The notes under the pieces: model-generated
Told to the model about the DNA's origin: nothing
Database searches by the model: none
The model's input: only the letters and a program-made list of their open reading frames with translations
Shown: one piece after another, positions 44,102 through 54,800 of the stretch
How positions within the stretch are numbered: the stretch's first letter is position 1
How the letters are laid out: the number at the start of each line of letters is the position of its first letter
Assembly (NCBI GenBank): GCA_002349055.1
Contig: DECD01000024.1
Span: 10,503 to 74,502 of the forward strand
Source: Bacteroidales bacterium UBA2939
GTDB lineage: Bacteria; Bacteroidota; Bacteroidia; Bacteroidales; P3
Direction of reading: 5' to 3'
DNA length: 64,000 nucleotides
Position numbers and translations under genes: made by a program

Positions 44102-44147
44102 CAGCCGTGATATGACTACATCCAATCCTCATATGACCCTCCATAAA

Positions 44148-44170
44148 CTCTTCTTAAATATCAAGAAGAG
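44148..44170 (+). other. Perfect 8-bp hairpin (CTCTTCTT-AAATATC-AAGAAGAG) inside the tnaA leader region
   Basis: The inverted repeat was read directly from the sequence and is followed by GACGTTTATTTTA. The stem is AT-rich, so stability is modest. Confidence 0.35.
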
Positions 44171-44185
44171 AGACGTTTATTTTAG

Positions 44186-44216
44186 TTGAAAGTTGAAAGT
44201 TGAAAGTTGAAAGTTG
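44186..44216 (+). repeat. Heptamer tandem array (TTGAAAG) x4.4
   Basis: Read directly. The first unit supplies the TGA stop (44187-44189) of the 25-codon sORF. Confidence 0.9.
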
Positions 44217-44274
44217 CTACGCAATTCTTTCTTTTTTCAATCTCGAAAGAGCCATTTTTGGCTTCGATTTCGCA

Positions 44275-44282
44275 TATTTTTG
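44275..44282 (+). promoter_or_regulatory. -7 box TATTTTTG, proximal tnaA promoter candidate
   Basis: CGCATATTTTTGCAG, 48 nt upstream of ATG 44330. Confidence 0.5.
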
Positions 44283-44329
44283 CAGATTTATGAATTTTTA
44301 ACATATTAACAATTAAAAAATAAAAAATT

Positions 44330-45706
44330 ATGGAACTTCCCTTTGCAGAAGCTTGGAAAATCAAGATGGTTGAACCCATCAAGAAGAGCACCCGCGAGCA
44401 ACGCGAGAAGTGGCTCAACGAGGCTCACCAGAATGTGTTCATGCTGAAGAGCGACTACGTCTACATCGACCTGCTGACCGACAGCGGCACCGGCGCCATG
44501 AGCGACCGCCAGTGGGGCGCGATGATGATGGGCGACGAGAGCTACGGCGGCGCCCGCTCGTTCTTCCACATGAAGGACACCATCACCGAAATCACCGGTT
44601 TTGAGTATGTTATCCCCACCCACCAGGGTCGTGCCGCCGAGAACGTGCTGTTCAGCTACCTGGTGAAGCCCGGCATGATTATCCCCGGCAACGCCCACTT
44701 CGACACCACCAAGGGTCACATCGAGAGCCGCAAGGCTTTCGCCATCGACGTGACCGTCAAGGAGGCTTACGACACCCAGCTCGAGGTGCCTTTCAAAGGC
44801 AATGTCGACCTGGAGAAGCTTGAGAAGATACTGAAAGAGAACAAGGGCAATGTGCCCTTCATGGTGCTCACCGTGACCAATAACACCGTGGGCGGACAGC
44901 CCGTCTCGATGCAGAATATCCGCGAGACCTGCGAGCTCTGCCACAAATACGGTGTGCCCGTGAACATCGACAGCGCCCGCTTCATCGAGAACGCCTACTT
45001 CATCAAGACCCGCGAGAAAGGCTACGAGAACAAGACCCTCGCCGAAATTTGCAAGGAGATGTTCGGCTATGCCGACAGCATGACCATGAGCGCCAAGAAG
45101 GACGGCCTCGTGAACATGGGCGGCTTCATCGCCACCAACAAGCAGGACTGGTACGAGGGTGCCAAGATGTTCTGCATCCCCTTCGAGGGCTTCCTGACCT
45201 ACGGCGGTATGAACGGCCGCGATATGGACGCTCTGGCTGTCGGTCTGAAAGAAAACCTTGAGTTCGAGATGGTTGAGACCCGTATCAAACAGGTCCACTA
45301 CCTCGCCGCCAAATTGGATGAATACGGCATCCCCTACCAGCGTCCCGCCGGTGGCCACGCCATCTTCGTCGACGCCGACAAGGTGCTGACCAACATCCCG
45401 AAGGAGGAGTTCCCCGCCCAGACGCTGACCTGCGAGCTGTACCTCGAGGCCGGTATCCGCGCCTGCGAGATTGGCTATGTGCTGGCCGACCGCGACCCCG
45501 TGACCCGCGAGAACCGCTTCGGTGGCAACGACTTCGTGCGCCTCTGCATCCCGCGCCGCGTGTACACCAACAACCACATGGACGTCATCGCCGCCGCCCT
45601 GAAGAATGTCTACGACCGTCGCGACAGCATCAAACGCGGTTTGGAGATTACCTGGGAAGCCGAGCTGATGAGACACTTTACCTGCCAGTTTAAACGACTG
45701 GGTTAA
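44330..45706 (+). CDS. tnaA: Tryptophanase (beta-eliminating lyase family; tyrosine phenol-lyase not formally excluded)
   Basis: 458 aa. Family blocks IDLLTDSGTGAMS, IPTHQGRAAE, GGQPVSM, DSARFIENAYFIK and the PLP-lysine motif MSAKKDGLVNMGG. The C-terminal RLCIPRRVYTNNHMD block is as in TnaA/TPL. Confidence 0.85.
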   Translation: MELPFAEAWKIKMVEPIKKSTREQREKWLNEAHQNVFMLKSDYVYIDLLTDSGTGAMSDRQWGAMMMGDESYGGARSFFHMKDTITEITGFEYVIPTHQGRAAENVLFSYLVKPGMIIPGNAHFDTTKGHIESRKAFAIDVTVKEAYDTQLEVPFKGNVDLEKLEKILKENKGNVPFMVLTVTNNTVGGQPVSMQNIRETCELCHKYGVPVNIDSARFIENAYFIKTREKGYENKTLAEICKEMFGYADSMTMSAKKDGLVNMGGFIATNKQDWYEGAKMFCIPFEGFLTYGGMNGRDMDALAVGLKENLEFEMVETRIKQVHYLAAKLDEYGIPYQRPAGGHAIFVDADKVLTNIPKEEFPAQTLTCELYLEAGIRACEIGYVLADRDPVTRENRFGGNDFVRLCIPRRVYTNNHMDVIAAALKNVYDRRDSIKRGLEITWEAELMRHFTCQFKRLG

Positions 45707-45707
45707 A

Positions 45708-45735
45708 TTGAAAGTTGAAAATTGAAAATTGAAAA
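45708..45735 (+). repeat. Heptamer tandem array x4, starting 1 nt after the tnaA stop codon
   Basis: GGT TAA A TTGAAAG TTGAAAA TTGAAAA TTGAAAA TTTTT. Confidence 0.9.
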
Positions 45736-45769
45736 TTTTTAATTTAGAACTTTCTAAACTCATTCACAA

Positions 45770-45777
45770 TAAATTTG
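45770..45777 (+). promoter_or_regulatory. -7 box TAAATTTG upstream of the 3057-aa type-B cargo gene
   Basis: CAATAAATTTGCAC, 25 nt upstream of ATG 45802. It overlaps the TTG start used by the ORF track. Confidence 0.5.
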
Positions 45778-45801
45778 CACGATGCGCGTTATCTCAAGAT
45801 A

Positions 45802-48800
45802 ATGCGCATCGTGCGTTCTATAATAATAGGGTTGTTGATGGGCGTCGGCTTGATGGCGGAGGCTCAGGAGGGGTGCACCCCGAAGGTGCTTCCTTGGAGC
45901 GAGTCGTTTGACTCCTACGGGGTTGGGGCCGCGTTGATGCCTCCATGCTGGAGCGGCAGCCACAACTACGACATAGGGGCCGTGCCCCATGTGGACAGTG
46001 CCGTCCATTACGACGGCACGGCGTCGCTGATGCTCTATTCGGGCACCCTGACGGGCAGCCACTACAGCATGGCCATCGGCCCGGAGATTGACGCCGACCT
46101 CACGTCGGGGGTGTACGCCCGCTTCCAGTTCTATGCCCTCAGCACCTCGGTGGCCCTCGAGGTGGGTGTCTGCAACGACACCAACCGCTACACCCGCAAC
46201 TTCGTACCCCTTGACACCGTGCATGTTGACCAAGGACGGCATTGGAAGGAAGTGGTGATAGACCTGAGCCGCTACAGCGGCACGGGGCGGCGGCTGGCCT
46301 TCCGCTTGCAGCGGACATTGCAAGCCGACGTGTGCAACTGCTATGTCGACAACCTGCGCGTGGAGGGCTGCGGCACCACTGTGCCCGAGGTCTACCACAT
46401 CACGCACAACAGCCTGACGGTGGATTGGGAGCGCTTCGGCATCGGAGCCATCCTGCTGGAATACAACGACATGGCGATAGATGATGCCGTGGCACCCCTG
46501 ACACTCACGGGTCTCACGCCATTGACAGAATACACCCTCAGCACGGGATGTGCCGACGGAACCCGTCAGGCGGTGACCGTCAGTACATTGGCGGCTCCAA
46601 GCCTGCAACCCACCTACTACCGCGCGCAACTGACCCTGGAAGGCGACAGCACGCCCGAGGTGCTGCCGCTGCCGCTGGAAAGCATTGACATAGGACAACT
46701 TACGATAGCCTTGCGCTACCGAGGCAACTCCTCGACACGCCTACAGGTGGGTGTGATGGAGTATGCCCTTGAGGCAGAGACCTTCACGGCGTTGGACACC
46801 CTGACTCCCGGCAGCGGGTGGCAGCGGGCGACAGTACCTCTGGCCCCCTATACCGGCACCGGACGCTACCTGGCCCTGATGGCCACAGGCGAACACTCTG
46901 TGGAAATTGCCGACCTCCGCGTGGCGCGCTGCCTGATTGACAGCGTGCGGCTCTACGACCTGACAGACGCCTCGGTCGCCGTGGCGTGGGACACCCTCAC
47001 CGTCGGCGTGGGCGGCGGGGTGACCATTGAATATGGCGTTCCGGGCTTTGCCGCCGGCAGCGGCACCACGGTCACGCCTACCACCAATCCATTCATCCTC
47101 ACAGGATTGCTTCCATCGACAGAATATGACTTGCTGGTGATGCCCAGCTGCGGCGACGAGCCGTCGGCCTTCGACCGCCACCGCATCACCACCTTCTCGC
47201 ACGAGGTGTCGGCCCCCTACTGCATGTCGTTCGAGATGGGCGGCACGCTGCCCCAGGGATGGGTCTGCGGGCAGGGGAGCGTAGCCATCGGCAGCAACGC
47301 CTACGAGGGCAGCCACGGGTTGCACCTGGCGGCGCACTCGCTGGTGGCGATGCCCCGCATAGCCACCGACACAGGTGCCACGGTGGTGGTGGAGTGCTAC
47401 AGCTATGGCACTGGGACTCTGGAGCTAGGCTTCATGGAGAACCCCTTCGGCACCTTCACCCCCTTCGACACCCTGACGGGTGGCAGCGGCTGGCGGCGAC
47501 AGCTGACGACGACCGTCGTCCCGGAAGGGCAGCTCCTGGCGCTGCGCAGCAACACGGCATGGGATATCGACGCCCTGGCGGTGCATGGCGACGCGGTGAC
47601 CTCCCTCTCGGTCGACTCCATCGGAAAGACCTCGGCGCTAGTGAGTTGGCAGACCCTGCTGGGCGACAGCGTGGAGATAGAATATGCCGCCGTCCCCTCG
47701 GCCACCGCCGACTTCACCCCCGGGACGGGCATCGCCCTACAAGGGAAAGACAGCCTGACCCTCGACGGGCTGACCCCCGGAACTTTCTATGCCGTCCACC
47801 TGCGTCCCGTTGGCGACGGCCAAGGCTGCCTCTACCAGAGCTGCCACCTGCAAACCGCCGCGGGCCCCACGGCCGTCCCCTACTGCGAAAACTTCGACAA
47901 CCTCAGCGCCCTCCCCACAGGGTGGCGTCGGAAATCGGACTACGGCGAGTACCCCATTGTCAGCACCGAGCGCAACCACTCGCCGAGCAAGGGCCTGCGC
48001 TTCTCGGCCACCGCCACTGCCAAGACCGTGGCGCTGCTGCCCGACTTCGTCAGCGAAAGCGAGCACCTGACGATGGCTTTCTGGACCAATGTCACACTCA
48101 ACCCCCAAGGAGCGATGCTGTTGGTGGGCCACCTGAGGAACATCACCGACATAAATTCCTTCGTCCCGAGCGACACCATAACATTCTCGCAGACAGAGCG
48201 ATGGGAGCACCATGTGGTAGACCTGGGCACCGCTCATGAGCAGACGGCATTGATGCTGGTGGGTGGCAGCAGCGGCGAGACACGCGTGTTCATCGACGAC
48301 CTTTGTGTGGAGTCTTGCCTCGCCGACGAGATAAGGGTCTCGTCGGTAGACAGCTCGTCGCTGTCGGTGTACTGGAACAGCCGAGGGGTAGCCGCGATGG
48401 ACATCACCCTCAGCGGCAACGGAGAGAACGTGAGGGACACCTTCAGTTTGTCGCCCGCCATCCTCACGGACATCGAACCCAACACCTCTTACACGCTGGT
48501 CTTCCGTGCGTTGTGCGACTGTGGCGACAACGGAGGCGCTCATCTTGTGGGATACGGCTCCGATGGAGAAGTCGCGCAAGACCAAATCACCTCAATCACC
48601 ACACAAACAATGCCGGCATACGTCAACGCTCCCTTCTGCACCAGTTTCGAGCAAGAAAACACCGGCATGTTCCCCTACAACTGGGGGCGGTCGCGAACCT
48701 CTGTGAGGGTCAGCGACAGAAACTACCATGACGGCAGCCACAGCCTTCTTGTGGAGGACAGCTGCTACCTGATGCTGCCGCCCATGCGCAATATACCGAC

Positions 48801-51800
48801 GCTGACGGCGAGCCTCTACGCTTACGCCACCAGCGAGGCGGGCCTCGGCGAAGGGGTCATCGTGCTGGGCGTGATGCGTTATCGCGACACGCTAGCGAGT
48901 TTCACTGCCGTCGACACCCTGACCCTGACGCGCCCCGGCGAATGGCAGCGATTGTGGGGCGACCTGGCAGGATATGACGGGAATGGCAGGTTCATCACAC
49001 TGAAAATCAAAGCCAACGGCTCCTGCACCTTCTTCCTCGACGACCTCTCCATTGCCGCCAGCGCCATTGGTGAGGCCACGGTGGACGACACCGGATTGGT
49101 GAGCTGGGAAGGGCTGCATGCCCCGACGATGGTGGCCATTGAATACGGCACCCAAGGCTTCCCTCGCGGTAACGGCCAGCAGGACACCGTTGCGGCACAG
49201 CCTTACCCATTGCCGAACCTCGTTGCCGGAGAGAACTACGACATCTACCTCACCCCCATTACAGACACCACGCCGAGCTGCATGGCGACCCAGCTCACCC
49301 TGGGAGCCCTGGCCACGACCCCCTACTGCGAGCAATTTGAGTCGGCCCCCCTGTCGGGCATGCCCATGGGGTGGTCGATGGGACGCACCTACGGCGGCAC
49401 CCCCGCCATCGCCGCCGGGAACAACCGCAGCCTCCAGCTGCGCGGCCATGCCGCCGCCACCAACCGCAGCATTGCCGTACTCCCATTGTTGCAAATATCT
49501 GATACCATGCAGCTTAATATAAGCCTGCGTGCCAGCAATGCCAATGCCCGTCTGGTGGTGGGACATATCGGCGAGAATGCCGACCCCAACACTTTTGTCG
49601 CCACAGACACCCTTGAAGCCAATACCCTTTGGCGTCGCGTGGCGGTCCTCGTCGACCCGCCCCAGGGCCGGCGGCTGGCGGTGAGCTGCTTTTCCATCAA
49701 CCAGAACGACGCGCAGGTGTGGATTGACAGCCTTGCGGTCACCCGCGGCCTCTCCCCCACCCTGGCCATCACCAGCGCCCGCACACTCACCTTTAGCGGA
49801 GCCAACGGATTCTATGAATACGGCCCTGCCGGTTTCATGCAGGGAGGCGGCACCCTTGTCCACGTCACAACAGACACGCTGGAAATCAGCGGACTTACGC
49901 CAGAAAGCAGTTATTGGTTCTACAGCCGTGAGGACAGCCTCACGCTGACCTGCATGCCCCCCGCCAAGATACGCATGCCCGCCGAAGCAGCCCTGCCCTA
50001 CTGTCAGGGTGACACTACCTTCGAGCGCCTCCAGCTGCCCGAGATGGCCATTGACAGCATCCGTCACCTATACCTCTACCTCACCACCGGCGAGGCCGGG
50101 AGGATTGTTGTCGGGGTGATGGAGCACGACGGCGACTGGGAGCACCTGACGGCGGTGGACACCCTTGAGGCGGAAGGTGGCATAAGACAGCTACATACCA
50201 TACTATTAGACACTTATACGGGCAGCGGCCGTTTCGTCGGGCTGCTGTCTCCCACGGGGAGTGTCGCCGTGGAGCGCCTCACCGCCACTGGATGCCCATG
50301 GGTCACCTTCGAGGAAGGGAATGACAACAGCGTCATCATTGTCGGCAACGGCCAGGCAGAATACGGCCCCGAAGGGTTTGCTCCCGGCAGCGGCACCGCC
50401 GTCACGGTGACCGACAGCCTGACCCTCCCCTTGGCCGACACGCAACGCTATGATTTCTACCCACTTTGCGGCAGCGAGACCCCCTGCTACGCCCCTATGC
50501 GCTGGCAGAGCACGATGACCGTGGCGCTGCCCTATTGTGTCGCTTTCGGCGACAGCCTTCCCAACGGCTGGACAACCCGCAGCAATGCACTAGACGACAA
50601 TGCTGTAAGCGTCGGCGACAGCACCTTGACGCTCCATGCCGCCCCTCGCCGCGAGGTCGTTGTCAGGCTCCCCGTCATGCAGGAGCACGACGTGGTGACG
50701 GAGATGGACGTAAAGGTCTCAAGCACTGACGCCAAGCTGCTGTTGGGCGGCGACACCGTGGAGGCTATTCCCGGGGAGTGGCGGCATGTGAGGATGCGCA
50801 CCCTCCATGAGGGGCGGCCGACCCTCCGCGCCGTGGGCGACGGCACGGTAGAGATTAGGAAGCTCCATGTGGAGCGCTGTTCGCTCCCGCTCAGTGTCAC
50901 CGTGGGACAACCCGGTGGCCGTGGTGTGGAGATTGGATGGGACACGACGGGTGTGAGCGGTCCCTTCTTCATCGAATACCGCTTGACGGGAAGTGACAAC
51001 GGCATCATTATGAGGGCCGAAGAGCCTCCGCTGGCCCTTCAGCTGCTTCCCGACACCAGCTATCAACTCTATCTGCGTTGCGACTCCATCGGTTCCTCCT
51101 GCCGCGAACCTCTCACTATCTCCACCCTCTCCGACCCCATAACCCTGCCCTACTGCACCGCCTTCAATCTCACCGACCACCTCCATGCCCCCGAAGGGTG
51201 GTATCTGGCGAGTGACGACGAGCACAGTTACTTCGTAATGCCACAGTTCGACACCACGTTGCAATCCCTCAACATACTGATTCTCGCCAAGATGCAGTAC
51301 GGCGGACAGACGTTGACCCTGGGCAGTATGGCCGATGCCGGCAATCCCGAAACCTTTGACTCGCTGGTCACCTTCGTTGCCGACGGCGACGGCGTGAACC
51401 GCTTCTTCCACTCGCTGTCGCACTACTACGGCAACGGCCGTTTCCTAGCGCTGCGGCCCAACGGCGAAGGATGGGTGCATGTGGAGCACCTCTCGGTGGA
51501 CACCTGCGCCGCCTATAACATCGCCATCACCGAGAACGAGAGCAACCACCTCGTCATTGAATGGGAGCAGCAAGGCGCGCCGACCGTCAGCGTGGAATAT
51601 GGCCCCATCGGGTTCGTCCCCGGCCAGGGCACCCTGCTAACGGCCGACACCTCGCCGCTGCGCATCGACAGCCTGGTCCCCCTGACAGACTATGCTTTCA
51701 TTGTCAGCAGCTTGTGCAGTGAGACCTCGTGTCGCGTGGCAGTCACCGACACCTTCCTCACCTTCACCCCCAAAGGTGGCACCGGCTGTATCGACTACAC

Positions 51801-54800
51801 CGACCTCCATGCCAGCTATGTCATCTGCAACTATGGCAGTTACGACAATCCCACGGCGTATACCGGCGTGATAGACAAAGGTTTTTTGAGTGCCGCTTCG
51901 CGCCACACCGTGCACTTCGACACCACGGAGCGCGACCCGCGCACCGGCAACCTGCTGCGCACCGTGCCGCCAGGCGAGCAGGCTTCGGTACGACTGGGCA
52001 ACTGGTCGACCAACATCAACCCGCAGGCAGAGAGCATCACCTACGCCCTCGCTGTCGACACCAACGACTTCAACCTCTTGGTATTACGCTATGCCGCCGT
52101 GTTGCAGGACCCCGAGCACTCACCCGCCCTGCAACCCCGTTTCCGACTGCAAATCCTGAATCAGAGCTACGACATCATCAACGAATGCAGCTCGGCCGAC
52201 TTTATCGCCAATCCGAACCTCAACTGGAACATCGCCGCCAACGAGGTGTTGTGGAAAGACTGGACCACGGTGGGTGTCGACCTCAGTACCTACGCCGGCC
52301 AGACCATCTTCATCCGCCTGATTACCAACGACTGCGGCGAGGGGTCGCATTTCGGCTATGCCTATTTCACCCTCGGGTGCTCGACCAAGCGCATGCGCAC
52401 AGAGGGCTGTAGCGAGGTGCCCAACAACCGCTTCACCGTACCGTCGGGCTTCCACTACCGCTGGTATACCAACCTCGACACCACCACCCTCTCCGACTCG
52501 GCCAGCATCTGGGTGCCTTCGGACAACAGCAAGATTTACTACTGCAACCTCTCCTTCATCGACAACCCGGCTTGCAGCTTTACCATGAGCGCCTTTGCCG
52601 GTGCCCGCTTCCCGCTGGCCATCATCGACACCTCGCTTTCCCTTGCCGACTGCGCGTTCGACCTCACTCTCATCGACCACAGCACCATCTCGGGCGACGG
52701 TATCACCCCCATAGGCACAGGCGAGAGTTGCGAGACGACCCTCTGGCTTCTGCCCGACAGCACCACCTCGGACGCCACAAGTCTCACCCTCCACATTACC
52801 GACACCGGCAGCTACGATATAGGGTTAGTGGCAGGCATCGCCGACGACCAGTGTCTCGACACCGTCCGTCAAACCATCCATATCGCCTATCCCTATCCCG
52901 CCGTCACCCTCGAGGGTCGCGACGAACGCTGTTTCGACGACCCAGCCGAGGTGCTTGCGCTGTCCCATGCCGCCCTCTCCGACTGGGAGGGGCATCTCCT
53001 TGAGCTTACGCCACTTGCCGACACCACCGTCATCGTTTCGGCCACCGACTCCAACGGCTGTGAGCAGACTTTCAGTCATACCCTTGTCGTACACCCCATT
53101 TTCTTTATTGAAGACAGCGCCGCCGTCTGTTCCTCCAACCTGTCCTACACCTGGCGCGACACCACCCTGACCTTCACCTTTGCCGACACCGCCCTTTCGG
53201 CCACGCTGCACCGGCAGACCGCCCATGGTTGTGACAGCACCATGACTCTCGCCCTAACCCTCTGGCCCTCATACGACATACACCATACCGACACCCTCTG
53301 CGACAACCAGACCCTCGACTTCTTCGACACCGTGCTCAACACCACCGGCGACTATCTGCATTCCGACACCACCATGCTTGGGTGCGACAGCCTGGTAACC
53401 ATGCACTTGAACGTGATGCCCACCTATCTCGTCCCCGACTCACTCGTGGCTTGCGACTCGCTTCGTTGGCAGGACGGGACACTCTATACCGCCGACACCA
53501 CCGGCGCTCTCCATCTCCTGTCCACCATGCACGGCTGCGACAGCACCATGGAGCTCCACCTCACGATACACCCCAGCTACCATCAACATTATATGGACAG
53601 CGTCTGCAACTCGATGGGCACCTACGTATGGCTCGACACCCTGCTGACTCTCGACCCCTCTGTCGCCGACCTCACGGCTACACTTTCCCGCCAGACCATC
53701 CACCAGTGCGACAGCATCCACACCTTGGGGCTCACCCTCATGCCCACCTACGACATCCACCACCACGACACCCTCTGCCACGATCGCCAGCTACCCTTCT
53801 TCGACACCCTCCTCGCCACCACCGGCGACTACCTGCACACGGACAGCACCGCCTTTGGCTGCGACAGTCTGGTAACCATGCACTTGGAGATTATTCCGCG
53901 ATTTTTCGGCAACGACAGCCTTGTTGCCTGCGACTCGCTGACATGGATTAACCACGTCACCTACTACCGCGACACCGCCGAGGTGTCTGACACCCTCCTC
54001 ACCCTGCGCGGATGCGACAGCGTGAGGACGCTCTACTTGACGGTGAACCATTCGTATAGTGATTTGGTTATCGACACCTTCTGCCAAGGAACAGAATATC
54101 AATTCCGTGAACATATCCTCAGTGAGGGTGGCCATTATGCCGACACCCTGCAAACCCTCAAGGGGTGCGACAGCGTGCTGGCCATCGACCTCACACGGCT
54201 TGCCACTCCTCAGATTTCCATCACCCACGGATACGACTGCGACTCGCTCTACCACCACCTCGAGGCGCACTCGGACGTGCCTTATATCCTGTGGTCCTCA
54301 GACCCTTATGACTCATTACTCGACGGGCATGAGGGCGACTTCTTCATTGATGCCAAACCGAAGTCGCGCACCGTATACACCCTCTATGCCGACTATGCCG
54401 ATGTCCCGCATTGTCCCGTAACCACCTCAGTCACACTGGCTCCCGCCGTCAAACCCCTTGCGAAGATGCGCGTCAGTCCTTCGGCCCTTGTGCTGCCAGC
54501 CACGGAGTTCGACGCTTACGACATAAGTGCTGAATATCAGGAGCGTGCATGGTATATCAACGACCTGTTGCAGTCGGAGACCTCGCGTCACCTGCAAGGC
54601 AATGTCCCCACCGACAGAGATACGGCAAAGATAACCCTTATTGTTGACGACGGCTACTGCACCGACACAGCCATCACCCTCATCCCGCTGCTTTTCGACA
54701 ACTTTGTAGCTCCCAACGCCTTCACCCCCGACCGCGAGGACAACAACCTCTTCTTCTTCCGTGGCACCGGCATCCTCGAGGTTGAAATCCGCATCTACAA

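Noticed and set aside
44112-44189. A TnaC-type tryptophan-sensing leader peptide.
   Set aside because: The 25-codon sORF has no Trp codon and no similarity to TnaC. I keep it only as a generic leader/attenuator candidate.
43813-44216. CRISPR array, considered because of many short direct repeats here and at 33672-33743, 36391-36445 and 39793-40185.
   Set aside because: The units are only 7-15 bp and strictly tandem, with no 25-40-bp repeats or unique spacers. No cas genes are in the window.
44182-44418. 78-aa minus-strand ORF overlapping the tnaA start and the heptamer array.
   Set aside because: It runs antisense through the tnaA 5' end and its promoter, and ends in repeat-derived FNFQLSTFN. 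I see no support for it as a gene.
44306-45763. Long minus-strand ORFs antisense to housekeeping genes: 44306-45763 over tnaA, 45760-46698, 56851-58380 over the phosphohexomutase, 60588-61562 over recA, and 61671-62705 and 62850-63899 over rel.
   Set aside because: The plus-strand partners have unmistakable family motifs (PLP-lysine, TASHNP, Walker A, HD). The antisense translations are low-complexity (G/A/V/E/L/H-rich) with no motifs. These are shadow ORFs of GC-rich coding DNA.
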